Numbered from the stretch's first letter, positions 1 to 11,829 are shown. The stretch: DNA of 64,000 nucleotides from Hypanus sabinus (GCF_030144855.1 NC_082710.1:183706001-183770000); one strand, 5' to 3'. A program made the numbers and translations. The notes: generated by a model not told the origin, from the sequence alone.

Positions 1-420
1 GGTGTGGAGAGGATGTTTCCTATAGTGGGGGAGTCTAGGACCAGAGGACACAGATAGAGTGGATGTGGAGAGGATGTTTCCTATAGTGGGAGAGTCTAGG
101 ACCAGAGGACACAGATAGAGTGGATATGGAGAGGATGTTTCCTATAGTGGGGGAGTCTAGGACCAGAGGACACAGATAGAGTGGATGTGGAGAGGATGTT
201 TCCTATAGTGGGAGAGTCTAAAACCAGAGGACACAGATAGAGTGGATGTGGAGAGGATGTTTCCTATAGTGGGAGAGTCTAGGACCAGAGGACACAGATA
301 GAGTGGATATGGAGAGGATGTTTCCTATAGTGGGAGAGTCTAGGACCAGAGGACACAGATAGAGTGGATATGGAGAGGATGTTTCCTATAGTGGGGGAGT
401 CTAGGTCCAGAGGGCACAGT
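1..420 (+). repeat. 61-bp minisatellite derived from the CR1 LINE ORF2 C-terminus (unit encodes DRVDVERMFPIVGESRTRG-like), about 7 copies, truncated by the window start
   Basis: Period of 61 (1-nt shift per 60-nt line); runs directly into a CR1 3' end at 420-660. Confidence 0.9.
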
Positions 421-680
421 CTCAGAACAGAGAGACGTCCATTGAGAACAGAGATGAGGAGGAATTTCTTTAGCCAGAGGGTGGTGAATCTATGGAATTA
501 ATTGCCACAGATGTCATGTCATTGGGTGTATTTAAAGCAGCGATTGATAGGTTCTTGATTGGTTAGGGTGTGAAAGTTTATGAGGAGAAGGCAAAAGAAC
601 GGGGTTGAGAGGGATAATAAATCAGCCTGAGGAAATGGTGGAGCAGACTCGGGAGCATACATGGCCAACTCAGCTTATAG
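421..680 (+). mobile_element. CR1 LINE 3' end fragment
   Basis: ORF2 end motif (EMRRNFFSQRVVNLWN) followed by a CR1-type 3' UTR. Confidence 0.75.
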
Positions 681-911
681 TCTTCAGGAATCTAAACTAG
701 TTTCTTGGGTTATGCACACCAGCCTGTACATGCTGGGGGGGGGGGGGGGGTGTTTAAGTAGGCAATACAGCTGGGAAGGCTCCCTCCGGGAGGTGGGACA
801 CTGAACGACACTGCAGAGCACGAGCACGAGCACTGCTCCAATTCGCTTCACAGACCAGGACAGCCATGAATATCCTGAGCAGGCGTGATCTTTTCCCTAT
901 CCTTTGCTCAC

Positions 912-938
912 CTTTGGCGGTCGGCCGCTTTTCAAGAT
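912..938 (-). CDS. Butyrophilin-like gene, 27-nt cytoplasmic micro-exon (N-LEKRPTAK)
   Basis: Minus strand: tctctccctctttcag|ATCTTGAAAAGCGGCCGACCGCCAAAG|gtgagc. 27 nt, phase 1-1, in frame with the TM exon; 21/27-nt cytoplasmic exons are typical of BTN genes. Confidence 0.75.
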
Positions 939-1782
939 CTGAAAGAGGGAGAGACACCATTAACATAACGGTTTGAGAGGTGTGGGGACATCTCCCACCC
1001 AAACCCCCCCCCCGATGGCCTTACCCACCTCCCACGCCATCCTACCCCAGAACAGCTTCCAGCAGATCACTGATGGGAGTAAGGGGCAAAATGGGAATCT
1101 CCCCAACTGTGTGGGGGGGGGGGGGGGTGCAGCGTTCTGCCTCCTCTTCCCCTTTCCCTCTCCAGAACACATAGGAGCAGAATTAGGCCATTTGGCCCAT
1201 CAGTTCCGCTCTGCCACTCTATCATGGCTGATCCATCATCCCTCTTAACATCATTCTCCGACATTCTGCCCATAACCTTCGACGCCCTCCATTCATTCCC
1301 CCCATCCTCTTCCCCAGCTCGTCCACCTCCACCCCCTACCCTCAGTATTCTCCCCACTCTGATCCCCCCACAATCCTCCTCCCTCACCCCATTCCAACCC
1401 ACCCGCAACTCCACCCTTCACCCACTCCACGCTCTGCACCACTATCCTCCATCTCTGTCCCTACCGCCACACCATCCCTCGCCCTTTCTGCACCACCCTC
1501 TTCATCACCCCATTTTCACATCCCTCAGTCATTCAACCCCACCCTCCGTTCTCATACATTCCCTCGGCCCCCTGCCCCCATCCACCTTCTGCTTCACTCC
1601 CTTACGCTCGCATTCCCAGTGACGTGACCCACGGTGACGGCGGGTGGGGAGGAAGAGCTCGATACGCAGAGCGGGACGTTATAAAGGACCGTCCCCACGC
1701 GGGGGTGGGGGGCTGGCGGCAGAGCTGCAGACTCCCGCGCTAGCAAACCCAGAACGGGACGTCCAGCGGGCGGAGGTTTTAC

Positions 1783-1902
1783 TTTTTATGTGCATCTGGA
1801 GATTCCGAAAGAAGAGGAAGAGCCCGATGACGACCCCGATCAGGAGAAGCAAGATCAGGACGAATCCTGTGACCCACTTGGACACCCAGGGAAAGAATTC
1901 AT
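1783..1902 (-). CDS. Butyrophilin-like gene, transmembrane exon (D-EFFPWVSKWVTGFVLILLLLIGVVIGLFLFFRNLQMHIK)
   Basis: Acceptor tttgtttctgcag| and donor A|gtaaaa; 120 nt, phase 1-1; hydrophobic span preceded by a BTN-type FFP..S.W motif. Confidence 0.9.
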
Positions 1903-2629
1903 CTGCAGAAACAAACAGATGGAAGCTCAGAGTTGTACCCACTGTCCTGAGTACTCTGACTCTCCCTACACCTCATCCCTCAGACTCTGGTAGGTTACCT
2001 GCCAACTCAGATTCTCAGGACTACGGCAGAGAAACGCACACACTATTCCTACTCTCCCCTCCTCGCCCATCACCAGCCAGCCCCTGCTGCACCCCCCCCC
2101 ACCCCCGCCGGATTCATAGAGGTGAGCATGGGTCTATTAGGTCAAGGCGCACAGGTCCGTGCCTGAATCGGAATCTGAAGAATGCCGACTGTTTTGGGGT
2201 GAGCAGGAGGTACAGGTGGATGGGTGGGAAGGGGCCTGTTGCTCGCTGTTCTAAGAGCAATGTGAGCAAGCCCTGTGCCTGGGCACATTGGTTGTTAACA
2301 GAAATACATTTTAATCTTGACAGCCAGGGAATTCTCCCAGGGCAAAAATGGGGCATCATCTTAAGGTGTCTGGAGGTCAGTATGGTGGGTGAGGGGATGT
2401 CAGAGCTGGGTTCTTTACAGAGGTGGGTGCTTGGAACTTCCTGCGAAGGGTCGTGAAAGAGGCTGCCGCATTAGGCACATTTAAGAAGCTCTTAATCAGA
2501 CACTGGATGACAGAAAAATGGTGGACTATGTGGGAGGGAAGGATCACATCATGGGAAAAAGGGCCTCAAAGTTCAAAATTAATCTGTTTGTTTATTCACT
2601 TATTTCTTCATTGAGTGGTACAGGCCCTT

Positions 2630-4490
2630 AGCACATAAGAAATAGGAGCAGGAGTCGGCCATCTGGCCCATTGAGCCTGCTCCGCCATTCAATAAGATCA
2701 TGGCTGATCTGGCCACGGTCTCATCTCCACCTACCTGCCTTTTCCCCAGAAACCTTAATTCCCCCACTATGCAAAAATCTATCCAATCTAGTCTTAAAAG
2801 TATTTACTGAGCTTCATTGGGCGGAGAATTCCAGATTAACTACCCTTTGGGAAAAGCAGTTCCTCCTCATCTCCATCCCAAATTTACTCCCTCGAATCTT
2901 GAGGCCACACCCCCTTGTTCTAGTCTCCCCTACCAGTGAAAAGAACTTTCCTGACTCTATCTATACCTTTCATAATTTTACATGTTTCTATAAGATCTCC
3001 ACATTCTTCTGAATTCCAGTGAGTACAGTCCCAGGTGACTCAATCTCTCCTCACAGTCTAGCCCCCTCATCTGGAATCAACCTGGTGAACCTGCTCTGCA
3101 CCGCCTCCGAAGCCAGTATATCCTTCCTCAAGTAAGGAGACCCGAACTGCACGCAGTACTCCAGGTGCGGTCTCACCAGTACCCTGAAGAAACTCCCTGC
3201 TCTTCAATTCAAGCCCTCTAGCAATAAAGGCCAACATTTCACTTGTCTTCTTGACAGCCTTATGCACCTTTTGCGCTTCATGTAATCCAAGCCCCTCTGC
3301 ACAGCAGCATGCCGCAACCTTTTGCCATTTAAATAATAAGCCTGCTGTCTTCCACCAGCATTTTGCGTGTGTTGCTGTTTAAGCTGATCTTCTAGTTTTC
3401 TGTCCAAAGTGGATTACCTGGCATTTACCAACATTGTACTCCATCTGCCAGACCCTTACTCACTCACTGCCAGACCCTTACTCCATCTGCCAGACCCTTA
3501 CTCACTCACTGCCAGACCCTTACTCACTCACTGCCAGACCCTTACTCACTCACTGCCAGACCCTTACTCACTCACTGCCAGACCCTTACTCACTCACTGC
3601 CAGACCCTTACTCCATCTGCCAGACCCTTACTCACTCACTGCCAGACCCTTACTCCATCTGCCAGACCCTTACTCACTCACTGCCAGACCCTTACTCACT
3701 CACTGCCAGACCACAGTAACACCCATATATCACAACTTTCTTCTTTCTAGAAGTTAACCAATCCTCTGTCCATGCTAATACATCACCATCAACTCTATGC
3801 ATCCTATCTTATGGGTAAGTCTTAAATGTGGCACCTTATTGAGCGCCTTCTGGAAATCCAAGTCAATAACGTCCGTCCGCTCCCTTCCATCCACTGCTCT
3901 CGTTATATCCTCAAATAACTCCAGCATGTTTGTCGAATAGGACCTGCCTTTGCTGAATCCGTGCTGCATCTGCCTGATGAATCCATTTCTTTCCAGATGC
4001 CTTGCTATTTATTCTTTAACGGCATCTTCCAAGCATTTTCCCAGCTTCAGATGTTAAACTGACAGGCCTATAGTCACCTGCCTTTTACCTACATCACTTT
4101 CTTTTTTGGAACAGTGGCGTGACATTCTCCATCTTGCAATCCACTGGGACCTGCCCAGAGTCCAGAGAATTTTGGTAAATTAGCACCAAAGTCTCTAACT
4201 ACAACTTCTGCCATTTCTTTCAGCACCCTAGGTTGCATTCCATCAGGACCAGGGGACTTGCCTATCTTCAGGCCCAAAAGTTTGCTCAGCACTACTTCTT
4301 TAGAGATAGCTGTTGTATCGAGATCCTCACCTCCCATCACATCCATATCATCTCTCTTTGGCATGTTAGATGTGCCCTCCACCATGAAGACTGACACAAA
4401 ATAATCATTCAAAGCTTCAGCCATTTCCTCATTACCCAATATCAATCCCCCCTTCTCGTCCTCCAATGTTCACTTTGACCACCCTTTTCT
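2630..4490 (-). mobile_element. Degraded CR1 LINE (RT region to 3' UTR) with an internal minisatellite
   Basis: ORF pieces QHGFSKGRS..DFQKALNKVPH (3775-3969) and KSPGPDGMQPRVLKE (4089-4466); CR1 3' UTR near 2630-2800. Confidence 0.85.
3443..3712. repeat. 22/20-bp minisatellite (gccagacccttactcactcact / gccagacccttactccatct) expanded from the CR1 RT region
   Basis: About 13 tandem units, continuous on the left with CR1 sequence (acattgtactccatct). Confidence 0.85.
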
Positions 4491-4723
4491 GCTTCATATA
4501 ATTATAAAACAGATCTTTTAACTATTACCATGAAACTTGGGCTAAATGGAGCAGGCACTTAAATGGCCAAAATGTACTACCCCGTCGTGTCCCAGTTCAC
4601 TGTATAATGAATGATTCATTCACCAAGAAAGTGCCGTGATCAAGAGCAGGGGTGGTGAGATTGTACCCGTCTGACCCGCAGAGATCCCCCCAGACTCCAC
4701 ACCGAGAGAGGCAGATCACTGAC

Positions 4724-5005
4724 CTGGCACGTAAAACTCTGCCGTCAGATTCTGATTGATGACTGTGTTCTGCACCTGGCAACTATAGCTGTTCCCGGAG
4801 TCCGCTGTCACCTCGACGATGCTGCGCACCTGAAAGAAACCCTTGGAGTTTCTGCCGATGTCCTGGGGAACCTGGGGCAAGGTCCTCTTTCTTTCGTCAC
4901 TCCAATTCACCGTGGGAGCGGGGAACCACTGCTGAGTTTCACACACCAGCTCGATTCCACTGCTTGTGTACCGGTACAGGTTGATGGAGGGGAGTTCACC
5001 AACAC
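4724..5005 (-). CDS. Butyrophilin-like gene, IgC (C2-set-like) exon
   Basis: Acceptor ccttgtaccctgcag| and donor G|gtcagt; 282 nt, phase 1-1; CETQQWFPAPTVNW and SYSCQV carry the conserved Cys/Trp. Confidence 0.93.
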
Positions 5006-5689
5006 CTGCAGGGTACAAGGATATTGTGGACATCAAAGCATTAGCACAAAAGAAGCAGGCCCAGGAATGACAACATAGTGGTTAGCATCTCCTGCCACTG
5101 TCTGTAACTAATTTCTACGTTCTCCCTGTGACCATGGGCTTTTCCTCAGAAAGAGCATGGCTGAACTGACAGTGGACTGGGCTCCATCAGCCTACCTTTT
5201 CCCAAGAACTCTTCATTCCCATTATGCAAAAATCTATCTAATTGTTTTAAATGTATTTAAAGACATACCCCCACTGCTTCCCCAGACTGAATTATACAGA
5301 CTCACTACCCTCTGGGGAAAGAGTTCCACTTCATCTCCATCCTAAATCTACTCCTCCCAAATCTTGAGGCTTGTATATCCTGCTTCTAGTCTCACCAGAG
5401 AAGGCACACTTGTTAAAATAAAACACTTACATCTGACATTCTCCACCCCCCCCCAAGACTTTCCCCCAATCACATTAACGTTACACCCCTTGTATTTGGC
5501 ATTTCTACCCTGGAGAAAGTCCCTGACTGTGCAACCCATCTGTATCTCTGATCTTGCACACCCCCAGCAAAGGCTGCAAGTTCCTCCCCCCAGAGAGACG
5601 GATACGTCCGGGTCATTTGAGAGACACGGATGAAAGGGAAACGCAGGCTGGGTGGGAGGGAAGGGATTGATTGAACTGACATTCATTTA

Positions 5690-5880
5690 TTGAGTTACTG
5701 TGTGAAACAGACCCTTCTGCCTCTTCAGGCCCCACCGGCCCAACCGATTACTTACCAACTGGCACATCTTTGGACTGTGGGAGGGAACTGGGCACCCAGA
5801 GGAAGCCACACAGCCACAAGCAGAACGTATAAACTCTTTACAGGCAGCAGCAGGAACTGAACCCAGGTTAGTAAGTTAAA
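5690..5880 (-). mobile_element. tRNA-derived SINE (V-SINE-like) fragment
   Basis: Reverse complement shows a B-box (ctgggttcagttcc) and the body tttatacgttct...cccacagtccaaagatgtgccagttggtaag. Confidence 0.55.
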
Positions 5881-6029
5881 CGGTCAGCACAAGATGGTGG
5901 CCCAAGCCCGTCCACTGCAAATTCAGAGCTGCTCCCCTGCACACCGCTGTTGCAGCACATGGTTATTTAAGTTACTGTTGCCTTCCTGTCAGACCTCTCC
6001 CATTTCCACCCACAGAACTGCCTCTCACT

Positions 6030-6330
6030 GGATGTTTTCCCAGTTTCTCTCAACATTCTCGGTAAACACCATAGACTGCTTTCATGAGAATACCAGATCA
6101 GTTGTTTCTAATATTCAAACTACCCCAAACGGTACCAACAATCGTTCCACGGTCAAAACCATTTAGATTCCTTTTCTTCCCCATTCTCATGTTTGGTCTG
6201 AACAACAACTGAACCTCTCGACCGGGTCTGCACGCTTCTATGCACTGAGGTGCCGCCACGCGATTGGCTGATTAGATATTTGCATTAACGAGCAGGTGTA
6301 CACGTGTACCTAATAAAGTGGCCACTGAAT
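6030..6330. mobile_element. Tc1/mariner-like element end fragment
   Basis: Ends in gtacctaataaagtggccactga, a Tc1-type terminal inverted repeat recalled from fish genomes; partner end not seen. Confidence 0.5.
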
Positions 6331-6517
6331 TACGCCTCATTTCCCAGCTCGCCCTTGCCTGCACAGACAGGGAGACAGGGAGAAGAGGATGAGGGTGGGG
6401 AACATGGAGAGCATGGTGGATACGCCTTTTCCCTGGATTGGCGGAAAATGTGAAAGGAGCCGGGGTAAACGGTGCCGGACGGGGAAGTCGTGGAGGTGGG
6501 TGTGTTGGGTTACTCAC

Positions 6518-6862
6518 TGGTCACCTTCAGCTGGACACTGGAATCGTGGTTGTTGTCGGGCGCCACCTCGACGAAGCAGTTGTAGCTGCCGACGTCCGAC
6601 AGCTCGACACCGTGCAGCTTCAGCGAGACGTTGCCCACTTGGAACTGGTCTTTGAAGAGCTGGGTGCGGCCCTTAAACCTGGGATCCTGCTGGTCGTTCT
6701 CATCCTGTCTGAAGCGGTAGAGGTGCACGAGGGTCTGGTCCTTGGTCCAGCGGATCTCCTTGTCCCGAAGGTCCATGGTCGGGATCACCTGGCATTCCAG
6801 CACCACGTGGGAGCTGACTTGTGCCATTATCGGAATCCGGGAACAAGCCACCTCTAACTGCC
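6518..6862 (-). CDS. Butyrophilin-like gene, IgV exon
   Basis: Acceptor cccccttgtcgttgcag| and donor A|gtgagt; 345 nt, phase 1-1; LEC..IRW..LVHLY..QD..QQDPRFKGRTQLF..GNVSLKL..DVGSYNCFV is the BTN/B7 V-set signature. Confidence 0.95.
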
Positions 6863-7533
6863 CTGCAACGACAAGGGGGCCTGAAATTACTGACGGCATT
6901 CGTACAGGGTGATTCCAGATTGTCTAATGACAACGTAAGCATACCAGATAGATAAATATACAGAGATTAACTGCATGTCCGTAAAGTGACTGACCGGAAA
7001 TGGTAAAGTAGTGGTGGTTGGGGGTGTGGAGGGGTGGGTTAGGGTAGTTGGGGGTGTGGATCAGCCTTCACTGCTTGGGGAAAGTAACTGGTTTTGAGTC
7101 TGGTGGTCCTGGTGTGGATGATACGTAGCCTCCTCCCTGATGGGAGAGGGGCAAATAATGATATTCCAGCCATCCCTCCACACCCTCAACCACTTTATGT
7201 ACAGACACTCCTATACCTAGTGTCACTTTACGGATATACATTCAATCTATGTATATAAGCTATCTCATGTCTTTGATGCAAAGGTCAATGCATTTGACAC
7301 TGACCACCAATCAGATGTCTGGTTAGAGGATCGATGATGTAGGAGTTACTGGGGGGATGGGGAATGGAGGAAGAGTGGGAGGGTGTGGAGAGACAATGGC
7401 TTCACCCTCTCCCATCAGAAACCAATCAGATTCTCAAGCACCGTCACCAAAATGGATCCCACACTGTGCCAACTGCAAACGGAAGGCAGGCCGGCCCAGC
7501 GCACAGTCTAACAGAGGCGCGAGAGTCACTCAC

Positions 7534-7594
7534 CGGTCTGGACTTGATGGATGAAACCGAGGACGAGGAGAGGCAGCAACACTGAGGACTCCAT
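7534..7594 (-). CDS. Butyrophilin-like gene, signal-peptide exon (MESSVLLPLLVLGFIHQVQT-G); full exon 7534-7629 includes 35 nt of 5' UTR
   Basis: Kozak GTGATGG, acceptor ctgcctttcag| at 7630, donor G|gtgagt; phase 1 joins the IgV exon in frame. Confidence 0.88.
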
Positions 7595-7879
7595 CACAGC
7601 AAACCGTCACACCGCTGCCTGGGCACAGCCTGAAAGGCAGAATTTCCCACCAGGATTGGTACCCAGAAGAGAAAGAGCCAATCCGCTCACCCTCCTCACC
7701 CCATGAGAAATGGCCAATGTGGAAATCTTGAGGAACACTCAAAATGCTGGGGGAAATCAGCAGGGATTTTGATATTTTGGGCCGAGATCCTTCATCAGGA
7801 CTGAAATCGATTTCTCTAACTCCCAGTGACTTCTACCCCTCCTACCTTCTGTCTTTTTCCATTCCTCACTCTTCCCCTC

Positions 7880-8790
7880 TCACCCACCCTACAATTCCCA
7901 TTGGGTCCCCTTCTCCATAGTTGTCCTCCTCATCTCTGTTCTAACGGAGGTCCCTCTATTCTGAGTCTGTACCCCTTGACCCTAGACTCCCCAACTATAG
8001 GAAGCATCCTCCCTATGCCCACTCTATCTTGGCCTTTCAATATTCGATAGGTTTCAATGAGATCTCGCCTCATTCTTCTAAAATTCAGTGAGTACAGGCA
8101 CAGAGCCATTAAACACTCTTCATAGGTTAACCCTTTTGTTCCCAGGATCATTCTCGCAAACCTTCTCTGGACCCTCTCCAATGCCAGTACCGATAAGGGG
8201 CTGAAAACTGCCCATAATACTGACCAATACCTTATAAAGTCTCAGCATTACATCCCCGCCATGTAAAGTGTCAGTGAGTCATTCTCTGGCACTGTAAAGG
8301 GTTACACTAACCACTCCACTACCGTAACCGAGGTGTGTAATCCATTACAAACCCACCACCTCAGTTATCCTGTCTCCACACTCTTCACTTGCCAGGACTT
8401 CATTCCCTCGTCTTCTCTGGGTCCTTTGTACCCGCTTTGGTACATTCCATGCAAAGATTTGGAATGCCTTCCTTTATTTTTACTCGTGGCCTTCCCTCCA
8501 CGGAATGGGTCACAGCACAGAAAGACCCTTCTGCCCATCTAATCTGTGCTGAACTGTTATTCTGCCTAACCCCATCAACCCACACCCCGACTACAGCCCT
8601 CCATACCCCTCTGACCCACCTTTGCTCCAGAGAGAAAAGCCCTACCTCGCTCAACCTATTCTCTAATCCAGGCAGCATCCTGGTTAACCTCCTCTGCACC
8701 CTCTTGAAATCCTTCCCACATGTGACCAGAACTGAACACGATATTCCAGGTGTGGTCTAACCAGGGTTTTATAAAGCTGCAATAGAGGGC
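7880..8790 (-). mobile_element. CR1 LINE 3' fragments
   Basis: ERVQRRFARMI..RRMRRDLIETYRIL and QRRLTRMLPGLE motifs. Confidence 0.7.
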
Positions 8791-9179
8791 ACAGCCTCAG
8801 GACAGAGGGGCGTCCTTTTAAAACAAATGGGAAAAATTTCTTAGCCAAAAGTTGGTGAATTTGTGGAGTTTAATACCCCAGGCAGCTGTGGAGGCCATGT
8901 CGTTGGATATATTTAATCCAGAGTTTGACAGGTTCCTGATTGGACACGGCATCAAAGGTTATGGGGAGAAGGTCGTGGAGTGTGGCTGAGGAGGGGAAAA
9001 AAGGATCAGCCATGATGGAATGGCAGAGCAGACTCGATGGGCCAAATGGCCTAATTCTGCTACTACGTCCTGTGGTCTAACATTACCTCACGGCTCTTGA
9101 ACTCTGACCTAATGAAGGCCAACACGCTGTACACCTTCGTAACCACCCAAGCAACTCTTACGGCGTCTTTGAGGGGTTT

Positions 9180-9520
9180 ATGGGCATGATCCCTGTTCCC
9201 CAGAGCCACACACCGAAGGCCACGGTCCACCGGGGGTCCCGGCGGGAGGCCGCTCATCCCCGCACGGTGTGAGCCCTACCCTGGGTTGACCGACCGCTTC
9301 CCCCGGTTGCTGGTGGCGCCGCCCGGCCGTGTGTCTCGGAGCGACCCCGAGTTCCCCTTCCCTCACTCACCCGCTCCACCGCCGGCCTCACCGCGGCGCC
9401 GCTTGCCCCCTTCACTTCCCCGGGTGGCTTCGGGAATCGAAGATGGCGATCAGTTTCACTTTTGCCCAGCTTGAAACGTCGAGCAAAGTACAGCGGAAGG
9501 GAGGGGCGTCTGAAAGGGAT
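9180..9520 (-). promoter_or_regulatory. CpG island with the putative non-coding first exon (donor CGG|gtgagt, exon ending at 9371) and promoter of the butyrophilin-like gene
   Basis: CpG-dense; strong donor; ETS-like cacttcc (9413-9419), YY1-like aagatggcg (9440-9448), ISRE agtttcactttt (9452-9463), GC box gggaggggcg near 9500. Confidence 0.65.
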
Positions 9521-10222
9521 TTAACCACGTAATCACAAGGAAACTGGTGGGGCAGCAGCCATTACATCCTGTGGTCTGAAACAGCCCTGCAAGTTCGTTT
9601 TATTCACAACATGGCAAAGGAGCAGCGATCAAATACCCGAGTACAGTATCTGCCTCCGTCGCCGGACGTTCATCCGCCTGACGAAGAGCCCATCGGACCC
9701 GCCTCGACCAAAATTCAAAGTATTTGCATATACCACCCCCTGGATTCATATTCTTGCAGGCATTCCCAGTAAATACAAAGAAACAGTAGAATCAATTCAG
9801 ATATCTGATGGCGGAGGGGAGGGAAGTTGATTCTGAAATGCTATTAGACATTTCAATCCAGGAAATAAGATTACGAGACGCTCTTTATCCGTGCTTCTCT
9901 CAATCTTATAAACCTTTGGCAACAGTGCTATATTATTTTTAAATGCAATTGAACTCTACATAACACTTTGTCCTTGAATCTAGGAATTAATAAACGCTGC
10001 ACAGTTTATTCTTGTAAAGATGTTTTCATTATGAATAAAGTTTATTTTGGTTTTTTAAAAAAGTAAATCTCTATCAGATCTTCCCTCAGCCTCCACCAGT
10101 CCAGAGAAAGCAGCCGAGTTTGTCCAACCTGCCCATTTAGCACGAAGTCAGACAGCATCCTGGTCAGCCTCTTCTGTTCCCTTTGTAAAGCCTGCACATC
10201 CTTGCTGATTGGCAGTGACCAG

Positions 10223-11120
10223 TGTTACGAACCCCGTAACTGGGTCACTTACCAGCAAAGATAGAGGCGTCCGTTGGAGTCTGGTGATACTATTTTTAAC
10301 AGTATTTATTAGTAAAAATACACAAAAATAATATCAATGCAAACATACAGATAATATACATCATCAATACTAAACCTAAAAGTGTGTGTATAATAATACT
10401 CAATAAGAAATAAGCTCTATCGTTGTCTAGGGGATAATGAATTGTCAAATGGAAGTATAAAGTTCCATTCAGTTCAGTTCATGCAGGCTGCGGTAGTTGT
10501 TGGTCGCGGTGTTACAATTGTTGGAGAGAGAGAGAGAGAGAGAGAGCACGAACAGTAATAGCTATTATCTTGCCAACCTTCCTTTACAATTTTGATGCAT
10601 TGTTGTTGTGGCCATTCACGTATGACCCCTCCTTCCTTTAGCTAGACCGTTCCGTGGAGGACTCTTCACCCAGGCAAGGGTGGACACACACACAAGCCCC
10701 CACCGTTCTCGTAGCGTCTCTCCTGGTGTGTCTGAGGGGTGTTCCCCAGACCTCACTTTTATCCCCACTCACGGGGTCTCAGGTGTCAATCAGGTTGAGA
10801 TGATGCAACCCATCAAACCAGCCCACTCTGGTTGCCCCCTGAGGGGTTTCAATGAATAGAACAGTACTCAATAAACAATCCTTCTCCAAGAGACAATAGC
10901 AGTAAATCTCCCCTTTTGTCAATAGGAGACGTTCCAACCTGAGCTGTGTCTCTTCTCTCATTAATTTTCGTGAGCAGTTGCCAATAACAACTGCCCTAGC
11001 AGAGTCCCTTTTGTCTCGCTTATTTCCTTGATAACAGCATCAAAATAGTAGCGATTTGCGATTCTCTAAAAGGCGATTTTGTACCCTTCTGCCCATCAGA
11101 GTTGTTCATCATTTGTTACA
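10223..11120 (-). mobile_element. Solo LTR (Gypsy-like), 898 bp
   Basis: TGT...ACA termini (tgttacg / tgttaca); 4-bp TSD CCAG at 10219-10222 and 11121-11124, splitting a CR1 gtgaccagaactg sequence; minus-strand AATAAA near 10304; orientation inferred. Confidence 0.8.
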
Positions 11121-11479
11121 CCAGAACTGTGCAATAGTTCACATGCAGCTTAACTGGAGTGCTAGCAAACAGCAATGTAACTCCCAGATCCCGCTGTTCT
11201 ACCACGCCCCTCAGTTCCTGCCAGACCGACACTGGTCTGTCCTCCCACCTTGCGCCTGTCTGTCTGCCCATTTTCCAGCTGGTCCAGATCCCGCTGTGAG
11301 CATCACTAGTCTTCCTCGCTGTCCACCACACCCTCATCTTGGTGTCATCTGCAGATTCGCTGATCAGTCAACCATATTATCATTCAGATGACCACTGGCC
11401 CAGTACCGATCCTTGAAGCTCTCCGCCAGTAACAGGCCTCCATTCAGAGAGGCAACCATCATCACGACAGGCAGAGGAA

Positions 11480-11610
11480 ACGTGGGAGACCAAAGACAAC
11501 TTGGAGCTGCACTGTAGAGGCAGAAAATGAGGGCCCTGGACCACACCTGGGGCAGACTGAGCTGGAGGACCTTCATTGCTGCCCTAAGCTCCAGCAATGT
11601 AACGGGCAGT
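11480..11610 (+). mobile_element. RTE-type LINE 3' fragment
   Basis: Translates as RGRPKTTWSCTVEAEM..TWG..WRTFIAAL, an RTE ORF C-terminal motif. Confidence 0.5.
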
Positions 11611-11808
11611 AAAGGAACCAAGACTGGGGGGCGTAGTGCACACTAAGGAAGACTGCTGAAGCCCGAAGCTGGAACTTAACGCAATTGAAACACCTAGGTA
11701 GAACCCTAACCCTAAAGGAACCAAGACTGGGGGGCGTAGTGCACACTAAGGAAGACTGCCGAAGCTCGAAGCTGGAACTTAACGCAATTGAAACACCTAG
11801 GTAGAACT
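11611..11808. repeat. Tandem duplication of a 103-bp unit
   Basis: aaaggaaccaagactgggggg... starts at 11611 and again at 11714, with about 2 mismatches. Confidence 0.9.
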
Positions 11809-11829
11809 CTGAGGGATAGAGCAGAGGAA

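Noticed and set aside
1-911. B30.2/PRY-SPRY exon of the butyrophilin-like gene
   Set aside because: Not found; this interval is CR1-derived or low complexity, so any such exon must lie outside the window
1025-1069. 45-nt minus-strand pseudo-exon (ag..gtaagg) between the TM exon and the micro-exon
   Set aside because: Encodes a Trp-rich non-heptad peptide (MICWKLFWGRMAWEV) unlike BTN cytoplasmic exons
1644-2456. Plus-strand ORFs (270 aa; acidic 67 aa)
   Set aside because: Antisense shadow of the hydrophobic TM exon plus intron; no independent coding signal
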